Positions 26,946 through 42,857 of a stretch of 64,000 nt of DNA are shown in pieces. The first letter of the stretch is position 1; every line of letters begins with the position of its first letter. This DNA is from the human T2T-CHM13v2.0 reference genome, Homo sapiens, in NCBI RefSeq assembly GCF_009914755.1, contig NC_060926.1; one strand, written 5' to 3'. The translations under genes were made by a program, and so were the position numbers. The notes under the pieces are model-generated. The model ran no database searches, had not been told where the DNA came from, and saw only the letters and a program-made list of their open reading frames with translations.

Positions 26946-27929
26946 GAGATCTTCATGCCAGGCTATGCCTTCCTCACCATATACACATGCACGATTCCTC
27001 TCCAGAAATCTTTTTCATGAGGTTCCAGAAAGAAAATAAATTATATGAATTAAATTATGTGATAACATATGTGGAGAACAACTGATTTTATGTAAATAAA
27101 CTCAACAACAAATTTATCAGTGGAAAGACATGTAATGATTCCCTGTGACCTGAGGGCTTTTTCATTTTAAGCTTAGCCTATAATAATATTCTAAGACAGA
27201 GTTGAAACTACCAATGTCCTGCAAAAAAAAAAAGGTGTTTGTAAGGATTCCCAAGTGAGCCCCCTCTTTTTTTGTACCTGCTGTGGTTCAACTCACATCA
27301 TCATAATATTTCTCATGACAAGGATCCCATTCAAATATCAAATTATTCTACTGTAGGCCTATGATTTGTCACCAAAATTATGTATTTCTAATCATTCACT
27401 TGCAAGAATCCTTTGAATTTAGAGGATCAATTTTGTGAGTAGAACATAAGTGTAGCATTGCAAATGAGAAAAGCCAACTTCAACATATCTCTGGTGGAGA
27501 AGTGAGTGAGTATTGGCTGTGCCTGGCTATATGGTGCGTGTCTGCAACCACATCCCTTTTGGTGTTTATGACAGATAATCTAATAAAGCATAGTGCAAAA
27601 TAGAATGAGCGGCTTAGTAAAAATTTAAAGCAAATGAGATGGTTTCATTAAATAACTATTTTTAAGTATACATCAGTGGCAGAGTTTTAACAAATAGTCA
27701 TGGTTTTCTTTTAAACAAACGATGCAGTAACTAAATTAGTACTATAAACTCAAGCGCTGTTGCAAAGACAAGAGATTGAGTCAGACAGAAGGGAATTGGC
27801 TACAGCGTGTTGCTCCTTCTTACCCAGACTCATGTAGTAGGTGGGCTTTCCCTGCATGGCAAGAGTGGGTACAGGGAGAGGGTTGGCTGGGAGTTGGTTG
27901 GACTCTGCAGTGACAGGAGAAAATTGTTT

Positions 27930-28300
27930 ATTTTACTCATTTATGAAAAATTGGTGGAGCCCACTTGATGCAGGCACTATGCTAATTGCCAAGGTTATAA
28001 AAACACGTAAGACAGGGCTTGCCTTGAAACCATCCTGTGGGGAGGAGTAACAAGTGCTTAAGACAAATAACTACAACACAATGAGCTCTTTTGTGTAGAG
28101 GTCAGGGGCCACAGAAAGCATTATCAAGATGTTACCTGAACCTTGAAGGTTTAAAAGTAGATCTCAAGGTGGCTGGTTGAGAGGAAAGCATTCCCTTAAA
28201 GGTCTAAAAGTAGATCTCAAGGTGGCTGGTTGAGAGGAAAGCATTCCGGGGAGGAGCTAGTCCAGGGAAAGCTCAGAGGCCTAGAAAATGCAAACACATA
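27930..28300 (-). mobile_element. L2 3' region, degenerate
   Basis: actcatttatgaaaaattggtggagcccact...gcaggcactatgcta...gaaagcattccgggg. Confidence 0.55.
28141..28246. repeat. 53-bp tandem duplication (2 copies, 2 mismatches)
   Basis: ccttRaaggtYtaaaagtagatctcaaggtggctggttgagaggaaagcattc twice. Confidence 0.97.
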
Positions 28301-30239
28301 GGGTGAACTTAATGTTGCTTAAGTATGCGATTATGATTGGTTTGTCCCTTAATCTTCAGGCTTTGGGTATTTTCTAAATGCTATGTGATAAACTTTTATC
28401 ATTTGTATAATCAAAAATAAAAAGAGCTACTGCTCCAAAAATCAAAGAAAGATTGACAAACGAGCTCATGCATGAATTTGGGTTTTTCTCTGTACCCAAT
28501 GCTAAGAGTCAACAGGGTTTTTAAAAAGGCAACTTGGATGGTCAGAGTTGCTATTTAGTATGTGAAGCCAGCATCGGCCAAGATGTAAATGGCAGAAATA
28601 ATTCCCAGAAGGTGTAAGAGATTTGGAATTGACTGGATTTACAAATCAGAAATTCAGAAACATTTTTTGTAATCTTCAATGCCAAAAGTAATTTCCATAA
28701 GACTACCTATAACATTCTTTAAAAAAATTCAAATATCTCCTAATTTGAGTCTCAAAATTTCTAGCCAAATACAGTTAGAATGCTGTGTTATTGATCGTTA
28801 GCGTGGAATAAAGATTATCTAGTACAATCTGATCGCAATTTATTCTTAAGGACTTATTTCTTTTAAGGATATAAAGACACATCATTCATTAATGTAATTG
28901 AAAAACATAAAAAGCCAGCAAATACAACAGTGCACTGTTTAAGGGGTACCTGGTTCATGTTCATATGCAACATGCTTTTCTGCATGGTAAACTTCTGCTC
29001 AGTGGTGGTGAGATGACCTTGGCCATCGACAGGGCCTGGGTTATATTTAGACTCTATTTAGACTCTACTTACCAGGAAATGCAATCATGAAATGTGTAGT
29101 ATCAATATTTGTGAATGAAAGCTTGTCTTTGAACAATCTATTTGGAAATTTAGAATTATTTTGAAACATGCTATTTTCACAAAGACACCCTGGTAAGATC
29201 AACATAGCATAGTATTAAAGTACTTTTATTTTTTATGAATGATTCAAATTGACTGGATTTTAATGAACAATTGGCAGTTGAAAGAGTTTGGGATACATAT
29301 AAATACATGAAAACTGTAGGACCCTTTAAAGTAATTTCACTGTTTTCATAATAGACAAGCTACAGAATATATTAAAAATCAAGATCATGGGAAGTGAAAA
29401 GAACATTTTGTAGCACCAGAGATTTCAAGAGAAGTTAAGTTTGTAATGGGAACTAACCAGGGCTGCTGGTTTCTTGAATGGAGTAGGTGAAGTGTTGCAG
29501 AAGTAATATGCATCGCTTCCAGTGGAAGGAACTAAATGAGTCATTATGAAGACACTCATTACTGGCTGTTTCACTTAATGGCTCCATGAAAAGATGTATC
29601 AAGGGCTACAAACTTTGTGACCAATGAGAGAGTGGAGAAATAATGAGGTAAACTTGCCCAATCTTTAGGCAGATAAAAATTCCAATAAGCCACAGTAGGG
29701 GGTGAGTGTTTGGGGTTGTACGTTCCTTGGTTCCAGGTGCCAAGGGTTTTCTAAAGCCTGACTGAAACCAGGAAATGAGAGGGGGGCGAGGGGTTGGGGG
29801 AGAGAGAGAAAGAGACAGAGAGAGAGGGAAGTTACTGGTAATACGATTTTATTCCTTATAGAAAGCATGTTTCAATGTTCTTGTCACATACTTGTTTAGA
29901 CACTATTGAGTGTTATGTTTCTGTAAAACATTTCAAAGGTTGATGGAAGTTGTACATTTCACGAATTATGAAATAGTACACTGTGCACTCTCTAATAACA
30001 GATGTAATAAATGTATTTTGACGCTTATTTAAGAACACTGTTTCTTCTCTTGACAGTATAATGTAAAGATGTAGAATGGGAAACCCTCAGACATATATAC
30101 TTGTTCCCATTCACATAGATCCCCAAATCAATTATTTAAGCAGAGTAAGAGGATTAAATGACACATCAAGCTACATATATAAGAGAGGACTTGATTTTAA
30201 AATTCCGAACCCATCCCAATTAATAACGCATTAAATTCA

Positions 30240-30720
30240 ACCTCAGCCATCTCTAGGGAAGAAGCGTCCACACAAGCCCTCCCTCATCTTCTCGAACTTC
30301 TGATAGTGTTAAAGCTCATCCTGATATTTAACCTAAATCTGCCCTACTGCAGCATAAGCCTATTACGTCTTGTTTTGTCCCCATTGACTAATAAGAATAA
30401 TTGGTCCCCATCCTCTTTATAATATCCCTTTATGTGGGAGTAAAATAGTTATTATGCCTCCCTCAGGTCTTCTTTTCTGTAGATTGAATGTGTCCAGTTC
30501 TTTTAACCTTTTCTCATGGGTCACATTTTCTAACCCTTTTATCATTTCTGATGCTCCCTTCAGAGCTCCCTCTCATTTGTTCTGTCTGTGAAAGGAGGGA
30601 TGCCCAAACCAAGCCTCCAAATGGAACCTGTCCAGTTCAAGTCAAACTGAATAACTGCCTAGCGTGGTTTAAACGTGCGCACTTCTTAACATACACTGTG
30701 ATCGTCCAGCTTTTCTTGGC
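30240..30720 (-). mobile_element. L3/CR1 ORF2 relic
   Basis: ctgatatttaacctaaatct...gtcttcttttctgtagattgaatgtgtccagttcttttaaccttttctcat...atcatttctgatgctc...gatgcccaaac matches reverse CR1 RT C-terminal region. Confidence 0.6.
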
Positions 30721-30978
30721 AGACAGATCTGTTTGCTGGCGTTTTATTACACCCTCCATTCCAACAGTCCACCTGGAGAGGGGAATTAATTGCCTTTTCT
30801 CTGATGACTCCTCAGGCTCTTCTCAACAGGGAATATACTTGCTGGAATCTTTTCACTAACTGGGCCCTTGTTTTGATATCATGTTTCTCCAAAAAAAGCT
30901 CTCATGCTGAGTACTAAACTTTCGTTTTCCAAATTATATATTAAAGCAAATTCACCTGATGTGCCTTTAAAAAAAAAA

Positions 30979-31415
30979 GACTTTATTTTAGAGCAGTTTT
31001 AGGCTCACAGCACAATGAAGTGAAAGGTACCGAGATATTCCATATTCCCTCTGTCCCCACAGACCCACAGCCTCCCCACTATCAACATCCTACACCAGAG
31101 TGATAGACTTGTTACAACTGATGAAACCACATTGATATATCATTACCACCCAAAGTCCAAAGTTTGCATGTGGGTTCACTCTTGATCTTGTACATTCTAT
31201 AGGTTTGGACAAATGTATACTGGCATGCATCTACCATTATAATATCATACAAAGGATTACAGTTTCACCACCTTAAAAATCCTCTGTGCTCTGCCTCTTT
31301 CATCCCTCCCTCCCCTCAACCTCTGGCAACCACTCATCTTTTTATTGTCTTCATAGTTTTGCCTTTTCTGGAATATTACATAGTTGCAATCATACCATAT
31401 GTAGCCTTTTCAGAT
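30979..31415 (-). mobile_element. L1MC1-like 3'UTR fragment
   Basis: tttagagcagttttaggctcacagca...caccagagtg...cccaaagtcc...ctctggcaaccact...tatgtagccttttcagat. Confidence 0.85.
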
Positions 31416-31839
31416 GATAAGTTTTCTAACTCTTAAAATGATCCTCTTCTCAACAGTGTTCTCAATCTCTAGAGAGATGGGATGTTTATATGTGGCCTGG
31501 GTGCAGATACAGAAAACTGCAGTTTTCTCTGCAATCCTACCATGGACCATTCCAGCTCTGGGTTCCTAGCTGGGAACTCTGCCTCAGTCTCTTCATGTGT
31601 GTATTCTAAAGGAGTATCAGTTCATTTTAGTACTTAACAATTCCATTCTATAGTCTCAGAAAAAAAGGACAAATCCTCCAGCATCAACCATGGCTCTTAA
31701 GTTTTATGATCTTTTGATAGCCACGCTTCTAAATTTGAAAACAAAATCACCGAACTATATCTTATCTTCTTTTTACATGAAATAAAATGTGAAATTCCTT
31801 TTAAAATTACAAGGAATTACGATCCCCTGCCAAAAAAGT

Positions 31840-32004
31840 CTCAATTCCTCCCAGCTGAGGCCCCAGGATGATGGAGTAGAGACAAGCACCCCTTGTATCC
31901 ATTCTGAATTCCTGACCCACAGAATCTGCATGCATCGTAAAACAGTTATTTTTAAGAACTGAGCTTTGGAGTAATTTGTGAGAGAGCCAAGGATCACCAG
32001 AAAA
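31840..32004 (+). mobile_element. MLT1 (H/J/K-like) LTR 3' part
   Basis: cccagctgaggcccca...gagacaagca...ctgaattcctgacccacagaatc...ttttaag...tttggagtaatttgt. Confidence 0.7.
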
Positions 32005-32685
32005 TTTACCCAACAGTTTTGAAGGGTGTCTGTCAGTCTAGGCAAGATGAAGAGATGTTGAAATTAGGGCATTGCAATTTGCTGCCTAGCTGGTACAATT
32101 TTCTCTAGTAATAAATACACAGCAGCAGCTCAGAGGGCAAGACAGTGTCTATATAGGTGTATGAATGTTTAACTCGCCTAAATATCTGTGAAACTATTCT
32201 TTACAGAGGAAATGAAACAAAAACCCCAAGCAAATTGTAGCACCCTACAATACACTTTTCAACGAAACTTTTTATTCCTTTTAACAATCAACACTTACTT
32301 CAGGATAATTTAAGTACACATCTCATTTTCTAAAAGCTTTCTTCCATGAGTTTAAATGTTAGCAGTTTGTTACAGCACTTCTGGACTCTTCAAAGATACC
32401 TGGATTCAGAGTCTCATGTTAGTATGAAATACCATTATACATTTTTTTCTAACAGAAATTGCTTCTGTTGACACAATGCAATTAGCGTGCAAACAAAGAA
32501 CAAAGTTCACATCTTAGTACAGAGAACACTGACTCTCAGTTTTCACATTCTGTCTCTGAAAGCTGCCCTTGTTTTAGTTCTTCCTAAAACCTTGTAAGAC
32601 AAAATGAAAAGTTGGCAAATTGTGCGCAGAGATGTTATTTATTAATGAGTTAACTTTCTGCATTCTCATCGTCTTTCCTTTCTAG

Positions 32686-32703
32686 AGGATGCTGCAAGCC
32701 CAG
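32686..32703 (+). other. Candidate 18-nt microexon
   Basis: ttaac branch-like site, AG-free pyrimidine tract, ctag|AGGATGCTGCAAGCCCAG|gtaggc; splice signals only. Confidence 0.2.
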
Positions 32704-34082
32704 GTAGGCACTATCACTCCGTGGAGACTCTGGGAGACAACTCCTGTTTTACTTTCTGTTCATATCAGATGATTCATCAGAAAATTTCCTTTCTTTTAGG
32801 GATGAAAATATGACACAAAGCAAGGCAGAGTGTACAAAGACTTTTCCTTCTTCTGTTTGGTTTGTGTGTCGTGAGGTTTTGGTTTCTAGGCAATGGAATC
32901 CCTTTTCCCCTTTCTTTTTTTCTTTTCCTTTCAGACGTTTATGTTCAGGGCATCACGGTAACTGAGCTAAATGCCAAGCGAGCTCCCCGCTGTGTGTGGT
33001 CATCCACATGCCACCCATCCCCTGGCCACGGAGATTCAAGCTATTTAATTTCAGAAATGACATTTCTTCACAGTTCTTCCAAGATAGCAATTTATGTCAA
33101 TCATGCCGGAACCCCTTCTGCCAATGACAATGTCAATGGACTTGAATTTCCTATTGACTTTGGGGTGAGAGGGCTATCTCTTTGACTCTTCTGAGTGGTA
33201 CCTTTCACTATCATATAGAAAAGTTTACTTCCCAAGGAATTTTCCTTGTGATCTCAAACCTAATCTGACCTTCCTTTTATAGTCGCATAGAAAAGGAGAA
33301 ATTTTTGCACAGTGTTTTATTGCCAGGAAGCCTGGGTCTAGTTGACTGACTTCATAATGGACTCCTTCTATGATTTTATTCCAGAGAAACTCAGTTATCA
33401 CTGAGGGAGGAGATAAAAAGTGACCAGGGCACCCAGATTTAGGGACATCAGTGCGCTGTTGCCTCCTTAAATATAAAAATAAACCTGCAAATTGTTTTGC
33501 ATTGTGTAAATTCTAAAAAACGCTACATTCGTACAAATAAAAAGATGCATCTCTTCTTCAATATTATTGTGAAGCTTTGAGAAAATATGTATGCATCTTG
33601 GAGATGGGGAAGGATTAGATTTAAATTCATGTCTAACCTCCCGAATGCATAGCTGGGGTTCTTCTGTGTGTCACTCAGACAAATCAAACATCTGTACCTG
33701 AAGGACACAGGTAAGGTTAACAATAGGTATATCATTAAGAAAAAACAATTTTGACAATATTTACATTCCTCCACTTCATTTAAATATGTAGGTGATCTGA
33801 ATATTTTTATTTTACAAATGGTTTGCAAATTCTATTTCGAAGTGTTAAGAAAAGTTATTGTCATCCAGAAGGAGACAGTGATCTGGGATAAAGGTAAATG
33901 AGATGGGGATCAGAAGGGAGCTGCTTCTGCCTGTGCCTCAACTTCCCCATTCCCCAGTGAGAGGAGGGACTCCTGGGCAAGCTTCCTGCAACCATCCCTC
34001 CCAGGGAGCTGCTCCTGGGAGCAACACGAGGCCTTCTCGCCACCCACTTTCCGGCTCCTACCTCACGAAAGAAACAGGTGCT

Positions 34083-34404
<322 letters not shown>

Positions 34405-35618
34405 AAAGAAACAGCTGCTGCTTCTCTAAAATAGGACTCACTGCCCTGAGAGAAATTTCCATTTTTCCTCTGCCTGGGCCAGAGATGAGCAAGTCGATTG
34501 TCCTGGCCATGGTGCCCTCACTCAGGGCTCTCCAGGGCCGCAGCAAAGGCCCCTGATCTCTTCTGCACACCAGACTGACTTTCTCTCTCAGAAGACTGCA
34601 TTACCTTTCTTTTCCTTTCCCTCTCCCTCTTCCCATAGCCACTTCTCTGCTTGTAGGTCTCTGGATCTAGCAGATGGGAGTTTCAAAACTGTTAGCATCT
34701 AACTTTGATTAGCACTTCTGTGGCTGGCAAAAATTTAATAATAAGTTGGTATTTTAACTCGTATTTGTCCTCCATCCTTGAGGAAATAATAGAGAGAAGG
34801 GATGAATGGTAAGATCTTGTTAACGAAGTCCCATTTCTCCCCAACATGAGCAGTGTGGTGTAGGAGGGAACGGTTACTCCTGTGTGCTGTGCACGAGTGA
34901 ACTGAAAGCACATGTCAACTCATCGGCAACGTTAGGCGGTGTCCATACTCCTCAAATCAACCTTTTTCCTCTAGCTTTTAAAGAATCTTCTGAGGACCAA
35001 ATCTTCATAAATCCCATTTTTGTAAGGCTGCTCCAGATCAAGTGTCTCCTTCAGGAGCCTGTGCTCTGTGGCTTATTGTGGGCTAATTGAATGTGTCACT
35101 GATGCAAAGCTGATTGTCCAACGTTTGATTTTCCAGTTAAAATTTTGGTCTGGGAGGGGTGTAGGATGGCAATAAAAGCCCTACCTTCCCCTCCTGCTTT
35201 GGTATCTATTAAGAAATCAGACATAGGGGACAGAATTGCAAATAAAAATATCAGCTGTGTTGCTATTAAGCTGATTAGAGAATATGGTTTTGATATGCAC
35301 CCCCCTCGCCAGTTTGGTCATTTTAGGGTCAGGGCCCAAAATGGGCAAAGCCAGCTTCTCTAAGCTTGCAAAGAGCCAAGAGCAGGCCTAAATGCACCCA
35401 GCAGGGGACAGGTGGATCCAACAGAGACTAGGCCCACCAGGCTGCACTCATTCTCCCCAATTCACTGCTCACAGTGGTCTCTCCTACCCAACCAGGAAGG
35501 AGGGAAGAAGGGGTAGGGAAAAGCTGGAAATGTTTTTCCTGGGTTTTCCACGCTCAAAAAGTGAAACAAAAATTTCCTTCTTTCTATGGTAACACTAGGA
35601 TTGCACAAGTTTCCTGTT

Positions 35619-35979
35619 TGCAATTGTGTGAATATTTGTGTCCCCCAAATTCCTCTGTTGAAATCCTCATCCCCAAGGTGATGGTATGAGGAGATGAGAT
35701 CCTTGGGAGGTGACTGGGTCTTGAGGGAGAAACTCTCACGAATGGGATTAGTATCCTTATAAAAGAAACGTCAATAAGCTCCCTCTCCACTTCCACCATG
35801 TGAGGATGCGGCCTGAAAGCCCCATCTATGAGCCAGCAAGTGGTCCTCACCAGACACCGAATCTGCCAGCGCCTTGATCTTGGACTTCAGGTTCCAGAAC
35901 TGTGAGAAATCAATTCCTGTTGTTGATAAGCCACTTGGTTTCTGGCATTTCGTTATAGCAGCCTGGTCAGCGTAAGACA
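35619..35979 (+). mobile_element. MLT1A/MLT1A0-like solo LTR (ERVL-MaLR)
   Basis: TG...CA ends; tgaatatttgtgtccccc, gaatgggattagt, ccttgatcttggacttc, ccagaactgtgagaaat, taagaca; 5-bp flanks ctgtt/ctctt. Confidence 0.9.
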
Positions 35980-36769
35980 CTCTTAGCACATGAAGCCACC
36001 TCCAACATCATTAGGAAATGAAATAAAAATTAGACAGCACTTGTAACATGCTTATCACAGCATCTGCCACACAATAAGCTCTCAATTTGTGTTACTTTTA
36101 TTGTTGGTATTATTATTGGGCCATAAGAAGGTCGATAGGACCCTCAGATTCCAAAGTATTCTTTTCTAAATAAAACAAAATAATCTACTTGGTATTTTGA
36201 AAATGATACCAAGTTTATTAGAAATGCCTTCTATTCCTTTAACAATAGCTCGTGAAGACAGGTTGATGAGAGGTGCAGGCGCAGCTTCCTGGACATTGAA
36301 ACCTTTTCGTTTTCTGCCCTTGTCTTCTCCTCCTTGATTCATTGTTTTCATGGGCCATAAGCACAAAGCATTTTTGTTTCATTTAGCCTTGTAACATCAC
36401 ATATAGACCAACCACAAAGACTCCTCTCCTGGCCAATGTACCTGGAAGTGTCCATTTTAGGGGGTTGAGTGCAAGGTATCCACGCTGCAGCCTGCTCCAC
36501 TTCACCAGTGCCTGTGCATGCAGAGCTGTCTTGGAGTGATTGTGAGGGAAGCCTGCAGCTTGTCACAGCAACTGAGCAAAGGTGTGATGTGGCCATGTGG
36601 ACACGAAGGAGTGGCTCTGCCCAGCTGCATTCCAGATGAACATTCCAGGATACCCATGGAATGATGAGTAATTTTATTCCTACCAACATGGTCCCAAATA
36701 CTGCACTGCTATGTACTTCGTGTGCCAGTAAGCCTTTAGAAATCACAGCTACTTTAGAAGCAAAGTACC

Positions 36770-36890
36770 ATTACCCTTATTGTATAGATGCACAAACTGA
36801 CTCACCTAGGAGGGAAGTGATTTCTTAGAGGTGCAAGAGTAGTAGGTAACAGAACTGGTTCAAGATCATGCCTTTGTAATACAAACTCAG
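36770..36890 (-). mobile_element. MIR fragment
   Basis: attacccttattgtatagatgcacaaactgactc...gaagtgatttctt...agtaggtaacagaactgg. Confidence 0.5.
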
Positions 36891-36979
36891 GCTTCATTTT
36901 TTCTTTTGCACCAAGACTGCCCTCTTTGAGAGACAACAATATTTGGTGTGTTTTTTCAGGGGGTGAGGTTCTGGGGTTT

Positions 36980-37420
36980 CATTTATCATTAAATATGCAT
37001 TATGCCTCTGCAATAAACTAAGTGCTGGGAATAAGCCATCTCCCCTGATGACTGCAATACAGTGGAGGACACTAAGGGCTGAGAAAGGGTAAAGATGGGG
37101 CATGCCATGGGGAAGCACTTACGGGGGATTGGTGCTGAGTGCAGGGCTACTGGTGTTCAGGAAAGCAACCTTGGCTCAGGGAAGAGTGTGCAGCATTCAG
37201 CCAGAAGCACGGTCTGCAAAGTGAGGGGTGGCTGGCACCGGAACAGAGGTTACTAACGCAGAGGGACCAGGGAGACAGAGGGCAAAAGATCATCTGAGCC
37301 ATGTGGAGAACTGGAAGCAGCTCAGGAGAATCAGAGCCAGGGAGAATAGCAGGAATGAGCGCAGCAGTGAGACCCGAGGCTGGGGAGGTAAGCAAGCGTC
37401 CAATTTCACTTGCCAAGAAA
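36980..37420 (-). mobile_element. Degenerate L2 3' region
   Basis: tcatttatcattaaatatgcattatgcctct...agtgctggga...atacagtggagga. Confidence 0.45.
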
Positions 37421-39127
37421 TTGTTGGTGTTAGCCTACAGGCACTGCTTAAGTTTACATAAGCTGCAATCATTGTGACCTAGAAGCTGGGAGCCAAGAGA
37501 ACAGGTAGGACCTGTGCTGGCAGACACTGTAGTGAGAGATGATGGTGATGATTGTCTCTACTGTCGTCTGAATCTTTTCAGGACAAAGATGTATATCCAG
37601 CTGGTATCATTTGTCTTTAAACCAGGTTAAGTTGCCATCCATGCCAAATGAGTATTCATGACAGAGGTCAGGTACAGGTACAGTCAAACTTAAAATCTTG
37701 TAAATTACATATAAAATTATTTGAAGCTATTTAACACCTGATAGAACCAAATAAATTCTTTGGATAGCTTCACAACAACATTGCCTATACAGCAAATTGG
37801 GGTAATACATGGAAGACGCATTTTTCTTTTTTTGAAAAGGGGACACTTCATCCTTCTGGAATAACTTTTATTTATTTAGGAACTCCTCATTCCAGCTTTC
37901 TGAATTTGATCTGGAAGATGGGCATTGTTTGGATATCACAGTTCTTTAGTAAAGGTGGTTTGGCCAAACAAAATCCCAGGCAAATTCTATTTTGAATTCC
38001 CCTGGCCTCCACAGAAGCCATCAATTTAAGCTACCTTCTGTCTGGATGTCCCCTGCCAACAATTTGCTGCTTGATCATTGTTTCCAATTGCTAAAGTGAC
38101 CCTTAACTATGGCTGCTAGAGAATTCCCTGGTTCCCTCAAATCGATGGAGAAATCCTAGAACAGTGGGATTTTTTCGTTGTTGTTTTTTTACCAGCCATG
38201 TGCTCCGTGCAAATTCTTTGATAGCTGCATATTCTCGTGCCCTAAATAGGTACTCTGGTACTCAAAATGCTGGTGATATGACTTCAAAAAAGGAGGTGCG
38301 GCTGTGAAGACAAGATGCTGTCTAGAAAGGCCTGTGTGGCCTGCCAAAGGCTACCTTTTACAGCACCAGAGAGGAGCAGTTTTTTAGCTTTTGTCCACTG
38401 CCCAAATGTTTTGGGAGAAATCTGTACTAGAGTAGCCAGAAAGGAATATAACCTACCTGCATGTACATTAGTTAGGTTATATCATCTGAAAAACTTAAGC
38501 ATATTATTTTATAGAATTATCACCTCCAGTGAAGCGCAGCAAAGAAACTTCAACTCCTATACCAAGAATGGAAAAGAATTGCTCCGAGAAGGGACTGCTT
38601 CTTTTGATCACTTTTGCACTCAGGCTGGAGTGACTCTGCCCTATTCTCTCTCCTCAGTTCCTCAGGCTCCTTAGCAGATGTGGAGGGATGCCTCGGGGGG
38701 TCTCAGAAGTCCTGGACTCTGCTTCAGTGAAAAATAGGAGAGAAGCTGCTTTTTGGTTGCTGTTTGAACTTTTCATGAAGAGAGTTCGGATACAGTATTT
38801 AAGTGTGTTAAAAATGTTTGGCAGCATTTGCCCATTTATGAATATATTCATTCTTTCTACATCTTTCTACATCTATTGCACATCTTCCCCATAGCAGGAA
38901 CCATTAAGACTCGGGGGGCCACGAAGTACATAAGTCTTGGCTCTCTGCTCTGGGAGCACTTGCTAGAACAGAGGGAGAGACGTGAAAGCGTAGAATTGAA
39001 ATACAAGGAGATCATGTTCGTAATCGAGATATAAAGTGACTGCTATGAGAGGACTGCTCAATGAGCCACCAACGCCCTGGGGAATCAGGTCATGCCTCAG
39101 TGGAGTGTGATATTTGAGCTTCAGGTA

Positions 39128-39891
<764 letters not shown>

Positions 39892-40539
39892 GGGTCAAAT
39901 GTGTTTCACACCCTTAGAATCACTTCAGTTGAATAAAAAAATGTATTGGGAGTGTATGTATTCATTAGTTTACATTATCTGAAAAAATTAGCATATTGTT
40001 CATTTCTGTTGGCAAATGCATGGATATGTAACTGCGTTCAATACAAAATACACTGAAGAACTGTAAGCTACAAGTGGAAGCTATCACAGCAAAAGTGAAC
40101 TTTCTGGTTATTTAACTTTTATATTTAGTACAAAAATATATAGCTTAAATATTTAAAAGCCTTATTTAATTTTTCAAACCAAAGCTGCTTACGTCTTAAG
40201 AGCATGAATCATGCTCAAACATGAATTACAAATAAACAGAGATGTCTGTTTATTCAAAATTCAAATCGGGAAGATCAAAAAATAGACATAAAAACAGATT
40301 CTACAAAATTTCATTTAGTTACCACTTAATGTCCAGAATGTGCTATTAAAATGAAAATTCTCATGGTTTGTCATAGAATTAGATGATACCAGATTAACAT
40401 GAAAAAATCATGAAATATTGAAGGGCCCTAGGAAATACTAAGAAGTTAAATTCAGTAGCCTGTTAATGCTAAATATGCTTGATTAAGTAGAAATTCCCTG
40501 AAAACTTATTACTCAATATTTTATAAACAGTAACTGAAT

Positions 40540-41550
<1,011 letters not shown>

Positions 41551-41569
41551 ATAACATGGTCGTCTTACT

Positions 41570-42775
41570 ATCGCTACTCCTTTTCCCTCCAATTTCCCCT
41601 TGAATCCACTCCAATGATGGCATCACTCTGGGTTCTCCTAGCTTACTGGTCACATCTTCTAGGACTTCTTTGCCAATTCTTTTTCCTCTTTCAGCATAGA
41701 AATGGACCATTGGAACGCCGCAAGAACCACTCCTTGATGCCTTCCATTCTATCCTCCTCCCTTCCTAGGTGACCACATCCAGTCCCAAGGCTAAAATCAC
41801 CAACACTATGCTGTTAGCATCAGATTTACACTTCTAGCTAAGAGCTGAGAACTTTCTTCTCACAGCCAGAATTGTAGTGAGCTCCCCACTTGACATTTTC
41901 ACTTGGATATTATCAACTAGGCATCTCAATCTTAGTATGCCCCAAGTTGAACCCCTACCTCTCTCTCAAGATATGTTCCTGTGTATTCTCCTTCATCTTA
42001 GTTAATGACAACTCGTGCTTCCAGTTGCCCAAGCCAAAAACCTGGAAATATCCCTAATTCCTCACTTTTTTTCATGTCTCAAGTTGTATCATCCAAATAT
42101 GCCCAGCCTCTGACCATCCCCAGCCATGTCAGTTTGAATCAAGCCTTCATCTTCTCTAGCCTGAATTATTGACTTCTAATTGGTTCCAAATGATTCTCTA
42201 GCTTGCTCCAAGGTGGCCCTCCTGAAACATACGTTGGCTCATCTGGTCTCTCTGCTCAAAACCCTCCAATGTCTTCCAGTCTCAATTCACGTTACATCCA
42301 AAGTGTCTACCATGATCCATGAGGTCCACGTGATTCGGCTCCCCCCATGTCTTCAGTTTTCCCAGGCTGTCTCTCCTCTCCTCTTTCCAGCGACACTGAG
42401 CTCCTGGCTGTTCCACAGGCATCGGGGGCACGTTCCCACCTCAGGGCTTTTGCACTCTGTTCTTTCCACCTAGAATGCTTTTCCCCCAGAGATCCCCAGC
42501 TCTCACTCTCTCACTTCCTTCAAGTCTCTGCTAAAATATTACCTTACCCAAGAAGCCCTCTCTGACAGCTCAGAATAAAAGCAACACCCTCAGCACTCTC
42601 CACCCGTTCACTGTTCTGTAGTTTTTAACATTCCTATACCACTTGACTTCGTTATATTTATTTATTTGTTTACATCTATCAGTAGACAATGACCTCCTCG
42701 AAAGCTAAGGATTTTTCTATTGTATTCACAGAAAAGTGCCTGGTTTAAGCAAAATAGTTTTTAATAAATGAACAC
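41570..42775 (+). mobile_element. L2 LINE fragment
   Basis: tccctaggtga-like, tcacttggat...aggcatctcaa, ctgctcaaaaccctccaatg, cacctcagggcttttgcact, agtgcctgg...aataaatgaa. Confidence 0.75.
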
Positions 42776-42857
42776 TATCTTTCTGAAAACACTTTTACTA
42801 AAAGAAAATGTATTCGCTTCCTGGGGTAATAAATACTTCATCAAAATTAGCACATAA

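Noticed and set aside
29780-29830. G-rich/GA tract as G4
   Set aside because: Only three closely spaced G runs; treated as low-complexity purine tract
35398-35411. CTCF-like ccagcaggggacag (similar at ~23373 and ~54183)
   Set aside because: Mismatches in the core; cannot be supported without PWM scoring or ChIP data
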